A stretch of 64,000 nucleotides of DNA from Chrysemys picta bellii (taxonomy: Eukaryota): NCBI RefSeq assembly GCF_011386835.1, contig NC_088794.1, forward strand, positions 8,680,001-8,744,000, read 5' to 3'. The notes beneath the pieces were generated by a model. That model ran no database searches. It saw only the letters and a list, made by a program, of their open reading frames with translations, and was not told where the DNA came from. The position numbers and the translations under genes are program-made. Shown here in pieces: positions 37,001 to 47,792 of the stretch (position 1 is the first letter of the stretch; every line of letters starts with the position of its first letter).

Positions 37001-37685
37001 AGATGCTGAAGTCGTTGTCCTTGATCCAGCCTCGCAAATAGGCCAGGCCACAGTCACAGCGCCAGGGGTTCCCTGCCAGGAAGACGAAGGCAAACATGTG
37101 GCCCTCGGGGAAGAAGCCGCCGGGCAGAGTGCGGAGCTGGTTCCCTGACAGCCTCAGTGTCTCCAGCTCCAGCCCAACCAACAGCCCCAGCGGCAGCTCC
37201 TCCAGGGCGTTATCAGACAGGTCCAGGTCCTTCAACATGGCCAGGCCCTCAAAGGCCTCTTCTGGCAGCGTCCGCAGCTGGTTCCCCCGTAGATTCAGAT
37301 CCATCAGGTTCCCCACATCCCGGAAGGCCCCTGGCAGCAGCCCTGAAATGTTGTTGTGAGCCAGGGCCAGGCGGGTGAGGGCAGGCAGCCCCTGCAGTGC
37401 GGGCAGCACCCCCAGGGCATTGTGGGACAGGACCAGCTCCTGCAGCAAGGGAAGGGGGGGCCCAGTGTGCAGCGCACCCAGTGCGTTGCCTGACAGGTCC
37501 AGCTCAGCCAGCTCAGGGAGGTGCTGGAAGGCGGCAGTGGAGACGGACGCCAGGCGGTTGGAGCTGAGCAGCAGGATGCTGGTGTTCCTGGGCAGGGCAA
37601 GTGGCACCACGCTGAGCCCCTTTCCGGAACAGTTCACCTGCAGTCGGTCCTTGATCAGGTTCATCTCGGACGGGCATGGCTCCCC
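34010..37685 (-). repeat. Coding tandem repeat, 4 x 924 bp (308 codons); module starts 37685, 36761, 35837, 34914
   Basis: Antisense ORFs recur at exact 924-bp spacing (35248/36172/37096) and 923 bp for the last. Modules 1-3 differ at only a few SNVs; module 4 is more divergent. Confidence 0.95.
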
Positions 37686-37754
37686 CAGACCCACAGCGCC
37701 AGCCACAGAGAGCAGGGCCAGGAGGGCTAGGTGAGGTGAGGTGGGGCACAGCAT
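34084..37754 (-). CDS. GP1BA: GP1BA-like locus A: signal peptide plus 4 tandem GPIb-alpha ectodomains, no TM. Frame 1 (37754-34995) gives 919 aa; a 1-bp deletion at ~35025-35027 separates module 4, which ends at TAA 34086-34084
   Basis: ATG lies 3 nt after the splice acceptor ctcccctgcag, followed by a hydrophobic leader. Each module has LRRNT (EPCPS..VNCSG), LRRs, LRRCT (GNPWRCDC..YLRGWI) and GDTDLD, aligning motif-for-motif with human GPIb-alpha (NPWLCNC, GDTDLYDYY). TM, CC and tail are absent. Confidence 0.85.
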
Positions 37755-38094
37755 GGTCTGCAGGGGAGACAAGAGCATGCTCAGGACACAGACATCACAG
37801 GGCATGTCTACACTAACCAGCTCAGACTGCAACTGAGACTTATGACTCCCCAGTCTGGAGTGCTGGGGACAACTCCCGGTGGGATATCCCACAATGGTCC
37901 CATCTACACCAACACAGCTGGTGCTGCAACAGAGTTGGGTCCCCTGAGCAGATACTAGCTCTAATAACAAGGGCTCCCTAGCTCCCCAGTGCCCTCTGTC
38001 CCATCAGGCACCTGCACCCTGACCATGCTGGGGACCAGCTACACTAACCCTGCTGGTGCTGTAACAGTGTCAGGGAGCTGCCATTAGCACCACG

Positions 38095-38291
38095 TACAAG
38101 GAGTTGACTCCCCCACACCTCCAGGCTGGACTAAACTCAAAAGGTTTGGATCAATCCCTGTAGTTTCCCTTCCTCCCAAACCCAGAACTTCTGCTCCCTT
38201 ATAGCCACGGCAGCTGGTCCAGCCAGGAACCCCCCCGGTAATTGCCACATCCATTCTCCACCTGCCTGTATCCTCTGGCCTTGCTTCAACC
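38095..38291 (-). promoter_or_regulatory. Non-coding exon 1 / core promoter of locus A, truncated upstream
   Basis: GCTATAAGGG TATA-like box near 38200; donor CTT|GTACGT near 38097; homology to the B/C promoters stops at ~38291. Confidence 0.55.
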
Positions 38292-40023
38292 CATGGCTGG
38301 GTGATCAATTCATTTTATTCCACAACTGTCTTGAAATCAACGTCTCCATTTCTTGAAACATGTGACTTAGCTTGTGAGGCCTTTGGGGGCAGGGACTGCA
38401 TTTTTATTTAGTGTTTGTACAGCCCCTATCACAGCAAGGGCCTGGGCCATGCCTGGGGCTTCTCATAGTGCTGCTCCAATATAAATAATAATACTTACAA
38501 AAAACCACATTAACAGAACTTTATTTAGGTTCCAAAGTTGAGTTCTCAGGGTTAGGAAATGCTGGGTTGTACGAACAGCCTGAACTTCACCCTCTTTGTG
38601 TGCCGGATGAGGCAGGGGGTCCTGTGGAATAAATAGCACGTGATCATGTACCATAAATAAGATTGCACCATCGCGCCCACAGCTTGGGAACAGCCACCCA
38701 TCATGACTGCCTGGGCTCAGTCTGAGAGGAAAGTGTGCTCCCAGCTGGGTTAGGCCATGATTAAACTTTGTAATATGCACAAGCCAAATGAGGCCTGGGC
38801 TACCCACAGAGCTGCAGTAGTTTAACTAATGGTAAGACTCCCAGCTCAGACACTTCTCCAATCTTCCCCTGGAGTGCTGGCAGCAGCCCCTCTGAATCAT
38901 TTGATGCTACTACTACAGACCACCACCATGGGGCACAGAGGGGACAGAGTCCCTGTTGCAGAGCTGCTGCCCCAACTCCCAGCCCCCATGCTGGGCTGGA
39001 GTTGGGGGGTGGGAGGGTTGCTCTGGCTCTCCAGACCAGGGGTTGGTCTCACCCAGAGAGGAGCAAGGATAGACCAGGAACTAGCATCTCGGGACAGGGC
39101 CCCTGCACCCACAGTGCCACACTCAGTCTCCGAGCTCCTCCACCTACCTAACCGCAGGGATGTGCCAGGCTCTGCTCCGCGGTGAAAGGCTCCCTAGGAC
39201 CTCCTGAGAATCAGAGTCAATCCCCAAGGAGCTTTTGCAATGGAGGGCACCCAGTTCTGTTGCTGTGGCAGAAACTGTCTGTCCGGGCAGATTGTAATCA
39301 GCAGCTGAATGTGCTCCTCCCCCCTGCAGCCAGCCAGCAATAGGGAGGGGAATGTGGAAGTAAAGAGCAGCCCCCAGAAATGGAATGATAACAGGATGTT
39401 CCTGGCAGGAAGGGGAAGTCTAGTGCAGCAGTTCTCACAACAAAATTTTTGGTGGCATCAGAGTGCGGCCACCAGCTCTTGCTGCTGGCCGCACTGACAC
39501 TTTTCCCTAAAATTATTGATTTTTCCTAAAGTTAATAAAGTAATATGCACATACAGTATATACATCCAAATCATTGTAGTTTATTTATGTAAGGTTTGGG
39601 GTTTTTTTGCAGACTCAATAATAAAAATCATGCACAATTATCTCTATTCTTTACTGGACCTAACAGAATAGAAACACAAATAAGGTGCTTTGCATGTTCC
39701 TGTCTTTTTTATTATTGTTTCTTTAGCTTTTTTGGTAAAAGTGGTTGTCTGTATAACAATTTTGAAGTAAATTTAAAAATGCTTTGACATAATAGAAGTC
39801 CAAATAATAATGAAAAACATGTCTGGGTGGCTTGGGTCTGGGGAGGGGAGCATAGGTACGGTTGCGGCTGCAGCTGGCCCAGGGCTCCTCCGGGCAGGTG
39901 TGTGTGTGTGTGTGGCGGGGTGGTCTTGGGGCCTTGGCCAAATGCTCTGGCTGCCGGGGGGGCTGGGGAACGCAGGCAGAAGGGTTCGAGTCGGGGACTA
40001 GCCTCCCCAAAGGGGGGCTCCAC

Positions 40024-41631
40024 TAGGGTTACCATCCGTCCGTATTTCCCCGGACATGTCCGGCTTTTGCGTCTCTATATAGCCGTCCGGGAGGAATTGG
40101 TAACAAAGTTAAAATGTCCAGGGTTTTTTTCTCCCTCGCCTCCCTCCCTCCCTTCCATGCAGAGTGCGGCTGCTGATTGGGCAGCTGTGTCGATTGAGCC
40201 GCTCCCATTGGCCTCCAGCAGCCAGAGCCCTCCCCTGCTCCCCCCTCCCTCTGTCTGCAGCCCTGTGTAACACACAAACCGACCCACCGGGCAGCGTGTT
40301 TTGCCTACACATGGAGCCAGAATGGTAAGGGGAGTCCGGGGGAGGGGGCAGTCAGGGAGCGGGGGAGTGTTGGATGGGTCCCCGGCCTCCACCTGCCACC
40401 CCCCCTCTGCACGTCGTCCCGCCCGTGGACTCCCCCTCCCTTCCTGCCTCTCCCTTGCCTGCTTGTGCTGCCAGAGCCAGCAGCAACTGCTGTCTGCTGC
40501 CCCCGGGTCCTAGCATCCCCCATCCACTAATGGGAAGACAGGCTGCCCTTGCCCTGCCCTTCCACCCTATCCCTGAGCCTCTCCAACGCCCCAAACCCCT
40601 CAGCCCCAGCTCTCATCCCCCTGCACCCTAATCCTCTGCCCCAGCCCTGAGCCTCCTCCTGCATCATAAACCCCTCATCCCCAGCCCCAGCCCTCATCCC
40701 CCGCACCCTAATCCTCTGCTCCATCCCTGAGCCCCCTCCTGCATCATGAACCCCTCATCCCCAGCCCCAGCCCTCATCCCCCGCACCCTAATCCTCTGCC
40801 CCAGCCCTGAGCCTCCTCCTGCATCATAAACCCCTCATCCCCAGCCCTCATCCCCCGCACCCTAATCCTCTGCTCCATCCCTGAGCTCCCTCCTGCATCA
40901 TGAACCCCTCATCCCCAGCCCCAGCCCTCATCCCCCGCACCCTAATCCTCTGCCCCAGCCCTGAGCCTCCTCCTGCATCATAAACCCCACATCCCCAGCC
41001 CCAGCCCTCATCCCCCGCACCCTAATCCTCTGCTCCATCCCTGAGCCCCCTCCTGCATCATGAACCCCTCATCCTCAGCCCCACAGCCCTCACCCCTGCA
41101 TCCCCTCCTATCCCCAAACTCCCTCCCCCTTCCCACACATCCCCTTCTGCCCACAAACTCCCTCCCAAAGCCTGCACCCCCTCCATTTGCATCGCCTCTC
41201 ACCCCCAAACTCCATCCCAGAGCCTGCACCCCTCATCCCCTCCTGCACACCCACCCCCTGCCCCAGCCCGGAGCCTGCACCCAGCACCCAAACTCTATCC
41301 CAGAGCCTGCACCCTGCACCCCTCCTGCACCCTAATCCCCAGCCCAGGACCTGCGCCCCAGACCTCCTCCCCGCACCCAACCCCCCTCCCAGAGCCTTAG
41401 GCAGGTGGGGGGGGGGGTTCTGGGCACCACCAAAATTTCTACAACCCTGCCTCCCATGTGAGTGGATAAGAGTCGGGGCAGTCAGGGGACAAGAAGCAGG
41501 GGGGGGGGTTGGGGTTCTGAGGGGGGCAGTCAGGGGGTGGGAAGTGGGAGGGAGTGGATGGGGGGCGGGACTAGGGCGGGGCTTCCCCCCCCAGTGTCCT
41601 CTTTTTTGATTGTGGAAATATGGTAACCCTA
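40024..41631. mobile_element. hAT (Blackjack-like) non-autonomous element nested in 39426-42186
   Basis: TIR TAGGGTTACCAT / ATGGTAACCCTA; exact 8-bp TSD GGCTCCAC. Confidence 0.9.
40590..41090. repeat. C-rich minisatellite, unit ~70 bp, inside the nested hAT
   Basis: Repeated ccccagccccagccctcatcccccgcaccctaatcctctg(c/t)..ccctgagc..cctcctgcatcat(a/g)aacccctcat. Confidence 0.9.
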
Positions 41632-42522
41632 GGCTCCACCCGCTGCCCGTGCGCCCGCTGCTCACCTTCTCACCCCCGCCCACCGCTCGTCTCCTGCATC
41701 CATCCGCAGTCCCCCACCTGCTACTCATCTACTCTCACCCCCCCAACCTGCCGCTCGCCTCCTCACTCCCCTGCCACAGACACCCCCCTGCCTGCCACGA
41801 GAACTTCCGCTCGCTGGTGACTCACCGCTCACCTCCGCACTCCCCTGCTCGCAGCCAGACCTCCTCCCGCCTCCTCACCCTGCTGCTGGCTCGCCGCTCA
41901 CCTCCTTACTCCTCCGCCAGGCTCCCCCTGCCTGCCTCACCACTCACCCCCCCACCCACTGCTCACCTCGCTGCTCGCCTTCTCACCCCCTCCTTGCTGC
42001 CTCACCTTGTTCCTTAAGCACTGTATGCCCCACCTATGTGTCCCACTTGTGTCTCCAGAGAAGCAGCGCATGCAGGAGCAACAGAGAGGGAGGGAGGGAT
42101 GGGAGGGGCTGATGTTTGCACCCACTGCCCAGGAAACTGCTGTGGCTGCAGAGAAACCCCGTGGTGGCCGCATTTGAGAAACGGTGGTCTAGTGTGTCTA
42201 GACACGCTTCTGTAGGACTGATCCCCATCAGTAGCAGAAACTCCCCAGTCTGATCATCTAGCTGGGACCATTCTTGTGTCTCAGAATGATATAAGGTGGC
42301 AGCAGATCCTCTCCCTGGGATGGTTTGTGTCTCTGCTTCTGTCACACAGAGGGAGGACTTTTTTGTTTCTCCCGTTTCTCGTATTGACTCAAACTGCCTC
42401 ATGGCCACTTTTTAGCTCATTGTCCAGATGGAAAATGTTCTAAATTCTGATACTTTCTTTGTGCTTTTTTTCTGAGTAATAGTAGGGAGCTATTACATGG
42501 AGAGCCTAAATTCAAACACAAT

Positions 42523-42586
42523 TCCCACCATGTGGCGCCAAAAACCACCTCCCTTAAGGTGCTATGCTACCAACTGAGCTAGCCAC
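42523..42586 (-). pseudogene. tRNA-Lys(CTT)-like pseudogene (duplicate of 28886-28952)
   Basis: Reverse complement GGCTAGCTCAGTTGGTAGCATAGCACCTTAAGGGAGGTGG... Confidence 0.6.
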
Positions 42587-43428
42587 ACTACTCACTTATC
42601 AGCCTGTCAGTCAAAGGATGACATCTGACAATGGTTTGTGAGCACTCTCACTTTTGGTCAGTCTCAGGGCTGGGTTACTCCCAGACTCTGCTGTGATGGG
42701 GTCTTCGCTAATTCGTGCTGTGAGGTTTATCTTTGGGGCAATGTGTGTGACTCAAACTGCACTAAAGAGGGGAAAACGCTGGCCAGTTTCCCCAGTGTGG
42801 GGGATGTTACCAGTGACAGGCTGGGGTGTAGAGAATAGGGGCATAGTTTCTCATTAGGGGCTGAAACAGGGATATTTATTTTTCTTGATGGTGTTATTTA
42901 GAGGAAAGAGTGATTTTTTAGAAACAAGGTTAAAAAGATCACTGAACCTTCTTTGATCAGCCATAATAATTTACTGTCACCTTATTTTTGCCTCAGTAAG
43001 GAAAAAAAAACTGACTTTTTGGCCGGTTTTGTTCTCCCAACTGAAGTAGCAGAGTGAGCTGGAATAGCCGGCAGCTCCAGCTCAGGTTGCAGGGCTGTCA
43101 GCAGAGTGGGGTGTGTGGAAGAGCCCAGCATCTGAATGTGTCTGACCCTCCCTGAGATTCACTAACTTGAGACCCGGGGGAGGTGGCCCTAGCTCTGGGC
43201 TAAAGCTCAACAGAGCAATGTTTATATAGAGGGACATTTTAGGTCTATTTCATAAAATGCTGAGTCACCGCTAGGCATGAGCACAAAGTACTGTCTTGGA
43301 GGAAGAAGGGAACATTCCCACATGAATGGAAGGCCAGCAGAGAGGTGTGGACCATTTGTGCCCTGATCTCAGGATGTAAAGAAACAACCAGCCCCCAATG
43401 ACAGGAATCAAAACAAGCATTTTCAGAA

Positions 43429-43498
43429 GAGGGCAGGGATTGAAACCCAGCAGCTTCTTACAGACAAAACAGGAGTTCTGCCACTGAGCTATATTCCC
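43429..43498 (-). pseudogene. Degenerate tRNA-like sequence (duplicate of 29845-29914)
   Basis: Reverse complement GGGAATATAGCTCAGTGGCAGA...CTGGGTTTCAATCCCTGCCCTC. Confidence 0.55.
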
Positions 43499-44334
43499 AC
43501 ATTGCCTGAAGTGCTCAGATCCTTAAAACAAGAGCGAAGCAGCCACCTGTTCACCCTGTGTCAGAGCTGGGATTTTGAAATCACTCCTCCATCCGTAGAT
43601 GATGCATGAGCAGGCTGCCATAACATTATGTACCCGTTCATCGCATCAGCCCTTTTACTAGCAGTGCTGGGCCAGGCACAATGTCCCCTGAGGGAAATAC
43701 CCCCTGAATTCCCTTTCAGACGCCCTAGAAATGTGTTTAAATTTAAGTTTGCCTATTGGAGAAATAAATGAGTCTCTCTGTGAACAGAGGAGAGTGAGTC
43801 CATCCATTTCCGTAATCAATGTGCAGACTAGCAGCCTCTTCTTTCCAATTCCTGGTGTTCTGGTGTCGTCATGTAGCTATTTCATGTCACTCCTTTTTTT
43901 ATTAAAAAATGGTGTTTTTCACAGAAAACATTATTTTCCTTTTAGAAACACAGAAGCAGTTTATTTAATCGACAAAGGTAAAGCAAATTCCCGCTTCTGA
44001 TGCCACAATTCTGGAGAGAGGTGGGAACACATTCACAGAGTGGCACAACTTTCAGCATTACTGACAGAGCCCAGGGGGGTGCATCACTCTCAGAGAGGGC
44101 AGTGCTTTCCTTTTTCTCTGAGGCAAAAAGGGGTAGTTTGGGGTTGGGGCAGTTTAAACATAGACAAAGATTTTTTTTAGGGGATTTCTCCATCTTCCCC
44201 AAGAATAATCCACAGCAAAATAGATAAGAAACAGCCTTGCGCTATGTGGAATAAAAAAAATTCCAATTCCATTCCTTAGTGGGAGTTCGTAACTGCTTAA
44301 AAAAATAAAGGAGAGGCATATCCTAATGGTGGTG

Positions 44335-44402
44335 GTGTTGGGGGGCGTCAAACTCACAGGCCTGAGAGTAAAAGTCTCATGTGCTACCAGTTGAGCTACA
44401 GC
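44335..44402 (-). pseudogene. tRNA-Lys-like pseudogene (duplicate of 30686-30754)
   Basis: Reverse complement TAGCTCAACTGGTAGCACATGAGACTTTTACTCTCAGGCCTGTGAGTTTGACGCCCCC. Confidence 0.65.
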
Positions 44403-45454
44403 ACATATCCCAATCGCAAAATATTGATCTGAAAAAACTCATTCTAATGCTAAAGGACTATGGTTCAAACTGGACAGAGGGAATCAGTTCTCCTCAGCAT
44501 TTGGCCAGTTTTCCCCTTCTCAAATTAGCCCAGAACACTCTTGGAGTTTTATAAATTAATTTGTTTTTCAAATTGTGTCAACTCTTTAGTAAATCTGGTT
44601 CAGCCTCCAGGCCATTCACAGACGTTTTACTGGGCCAACTGTGTAATTCATCTTCTTAGCCCCTGGCTGCTCCTTTTGCTCCCTGCATGCCTGGGGAGAG
44701 TCACTATTATCAATGGTTCATTCCAGGAGACTGGAGTGAAATCAGTTCTCAGCCTGGATGCTGTTCTGAGTCCTTCACCCTCATTCCTTAGGTTATGGTG
44801 CCACCAGGTGGTCATTTCATTTCCCTCCTGGATTTTACACAGAAACACAATTTTCTGTGCACAGATCAATGGACAGCATATTTCAGATGGCTGCCCTCGG
44901 AACTGGTGGAGGGATGTTGGTGGGAGGTGAGTTGTGTCTCCATGACAGGGACATCTTTGTCCTTTCCAGCACCCTCATCCCCCTTTACTCTGCAGGCCAT
45001 GACAGGGGGCAGGGCAGGGCTGTAAAAAACCCATCCAAACCCAGGTCCCTTTATAACATGCCCAGAAACGATGGCTTCTAATCAGCCCTCAGCTCAGTTA
45101 TCAGCATATGGGAAAGAATGGTCTGAAATTGGTAAGATCTTGTTATTTTTACAATATATTCCTTGCATGCTCTGGAGCATTAACACCGCAGGATTGACTT
45201 CTCCATGCTACTTGGGGGGGGGGGGGGGGGGCAGAGATCTGACAAAATATTGGCTCTACTGATATTTGAATATTTAAATCTTTCTCTGTTTTGGAGGGGT
45301 GAGGGGTAGATTTAAATGAATGTAGTCTCTCCAAAAGAAGAAATGTTTCTGTGGAAATTACTAAAATTTTAAAGGAAAGGAGTGAAACAAAATGGCCACA
45401 CATTGCATCAGAACCTAAGAAATGAAAAACAACACACATCTTTATACACCAAAC

Positions 45455-46170
45455 TTGTTGACATGCAACTCAACTCAACAATGCGCATCATCACAGGAAC
45501 TCTCCAACCAACTCATCTTCCATGGCTTCCAGTTCTCAGCCCTCCTACATCAGGAGGGCGACTGCAGCTGGCAAGCTGCTTGGGAAGGTAAATGCTAACC
45601 CAAGCTTGCCCTTGCTCAAAGACCTTTTTGGCTCACCAGCCACATGTCTTTCATCACAACACCCACTGTGGTCAAGGCTGCCATGTAGGGTTGCCAACCT
45701 GCCAGAATTGCCCTAGAGTCTCCAGGAATTAAAGATCAATCTTTAATTAAAGATTATATCATGTGCTAAAAACTCCAGAAATATGTCCAACCAATATTGG
45801 CAACTCTACTGCCATGCCGGGATGTGACAGTGGAGTCCTTGTGGGGGGAAGAGTAGTGCTTAACACGAATCACCAATCAGTTCCTCATCACAGACCCTAC
45901 TGCTCGCCTGCCTGGCTTTGACTTGCCACGTCATCATTGGGTCCTTCTTAACCAATTCCGGGCTGGGCAAGGCTTATGTGCAGCCAACCAGCACTGTTGG
46001 GGTCTTCGAGACAACCCAAGCTGCAGCTGTGGCGCAGATCAAATAATGATACACGTTGTTGAGGAATGCCCACTTATCAAATTCAGCAGTGAGCTCCGAG
46101 AGCTCCACTTGGCCACTGAAAATGTTATTGCTTGGTTTGGAGAACACACAAATGCTAAATAAATAAATAA
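45455..46170 (+). mobile_element. Vingi/Ingi-type LINE 3' end (duplicate of 32245-32836)
   Basis: Same peptide and (TAAA)n tail; interrupted by a MITE. Confidence 0.75.
45686..45808. mobile_element. hAT MITE (123 bp)
   Basis: TIR TAGGGTTGCCAA / TTGGCAACTCTA; exact 8-bp TSD CTGCCATG. Confidence 0.9.
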
Positions 46171-46657
46171 CTGTTGACTCTGCAAAGTGATTTAACTTGA
46201 CTCCTTTACATTTAAAGACATTTAATTCTATACTAGGCAAACGATAAGAACAAAGCAATTTCAGTTATTGTGACATTGTGAATCTTATACCAATTGTAAA
46301 AATGTATTCCAAACTTGAGCTTCCTGTTATTTAAGGCCAGGTTTCCAAGTTCAGGTCCAAATGTTAGCAGTTTATTCCTTTGAAAGATGGGGGATGTTGG
46401 TCATCCGAGAATGTCACTGTGGGAACAAGACCGGGAAATATTATCTACAGTCATCCATCAGGATCACTCAGCTTGCTACCAACCACTATAATAGCGTAAA
46501 CTGAGCAAGATGGACTAATGTATTGTCCATCCATTTAGGAGAGTCGTGACATTTCCCTTATGTGAATATGATTTTTGACCTCAATGAGCTGGGAAACATT
46601 AAATACTAGACTACATTTAAAACAAGAGCAATTGAAAAAAATAAGGAAAATGTATCA

Positions 46658-46729
46658 TCTCTGCTTTGTTTCAAACCGGGGACCTGTCAGATGTCAGTCC
46701 AAGATGTTAATCACTACATTAGAGAAACC
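46658..46729 (-). pseudogene. tRNA-Val-like pseudogene (duplicate of 33340-33411)
   Basis: Reverse complement GTTTCTCTAATGTAGTGATTAACATCTTGGACTGACATCTGACAGGTCCCCGGTTTGAAAC. Confidence 0.7.
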
Positions 46730-47792
46730 ACCTGTGGGTTTATGTCCCTTGTGGTATATAAAATAATCAAGTCTCATTCTCCCATAGAATTGGAGAAAAC
46801 TATGTTCTAAAATTTGAATGAAATCAGATTATACAATATACTTCCCAGGTCTCCATTTTTATTTCATTCCAGATAAACTTTTGTTGCCAATTCTTTGATT
46901 TGATCTCCCCTTCTCATATTACAAGCTCTTTTTTCCTTCAAAGGAGTTGTGTGGTTACTGGGACTGGCTGCTAAACTAACCGGATCCCTTCTTGTGTCAT
47001 TGGGACAGATTTGGCATGTGACCCTACACTATAGCAATGCCCCTTAAAAACCTGGACTGTCATTTGCTCTAGCTCTGAAACTGAAAGACAGGAAAAACAA
47101 ACAAAAACTGTAGACTCCTCACATCTCCACAAAACCATCTGTGATTTCTCTTTAAGACTCTCAAGGAGCTCTCCCATATGAAATGGGGGTTTGGATTATA
47201 TATTGTGTGTGTGTTAGTTACAGAGGAAGTAGAAATTAGAAAGTGCTCTAGCCGCAGTTTAATGAATGAAGTGGGAAATCAGACACTTATATAGGAAATG
47301 GAACCAGAACTTGAAGCCATTAAACAATCATACAACTATCCACTCTTCTCTTTCCTATCAGATGCTGCTGCAAATCAGCTGCAAGGTGGGGGAACTGGCC
47401 ATCTTAGCGTGCTGGGGACTGGGAGATGGGGCATTTCCCCTCTAAGGGGCACTGACCTTGGCTCCCATCTGGCCCCAGGGCAGGAGACTTGCTGGCTCAG
47501 GGCAGCGGGGAGTGGGACATGCAGCCTCTCTTTTCTAGTGGGTGCAGCTTTGATCTAGCCTCAGGGTAGGGGATTGGCAGGCTGAGGGGAGTGGGGAGCA
47601 GGACATAGGGCCTTTCCTTTCTAGGAGGCGCCAGCTCCAGTCCAGCCCCAGAGTGGGAAATTGGCTGGCTAAGGGCGGTAGGAGATTAGGCATTTCCCCT
47701 CTAGAGGGCACTGGCTTATGTAGCCCCAGGGGAGGGGATCTAGCCAGCCCAGAGTGGTGGGGATTGGGATATGGGGTGTTTTCGCTCTAGAG

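Larger units (their letters stand above)
39426..42186. mobile_element. Non-autonomous hAT (Charlie-like TIR) element hosting a nested element
   Basis: Degenerate TIR CAGCAGTTCTCA / TGAGAAACGGTG; exact 8-bp TSD GTCTAGTG; empty site in copy 1 near 28548. Confidence 0.85.
38400..47150. repeat. Segmental duplication block X, copy 2
   Basis: Collinear with 27585-33845; has extra hAT insertions (39426-42186, 45686-45808) and lacks the 31057 Penelope insert. Confidence 0.93.

Noticed and set aside
34325-37730. Numerous + strand ORFs recurring every 924 bp
   Set aside because: Antisense shadows of the GC-rich GP1BA-like coding repeat.
37755-37970. 72-codon N-terminal extension on all three GP1BA-like ORFs (also 51746-51961 and 57473-57688)
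   Set aside because: It starts at a non-ATG codon inside the intron. A splice acceptor (ctcccctgcag) lies 3 nt before the real ATG, which is followed by a signal peptide, as in mammalian GP1BA.
33907-37970. Possibility that the 924-bp array is a CRISPR-like or purely artefactual repeat
   Set aside because: There are no spacers and the units are protein-coding. Units carry distinguishing SNVs and module 4 is clearly divergent, which argues against a pure duplication artefact, though copy number still needs read support.
41108-42017. 140-206-aa Pro- or Gly-rich ORFs
   Set aside because: Low-complexity interior of nested hAT elements.
28886-46729. Calling the tRNA-like sequences functional tRNA genes
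   Set aside because: Acceptor and anticodon stems are broken and the B boxes mutated (GGTTTGA, GGTTTTGA); annotated as pseudogenes instead.
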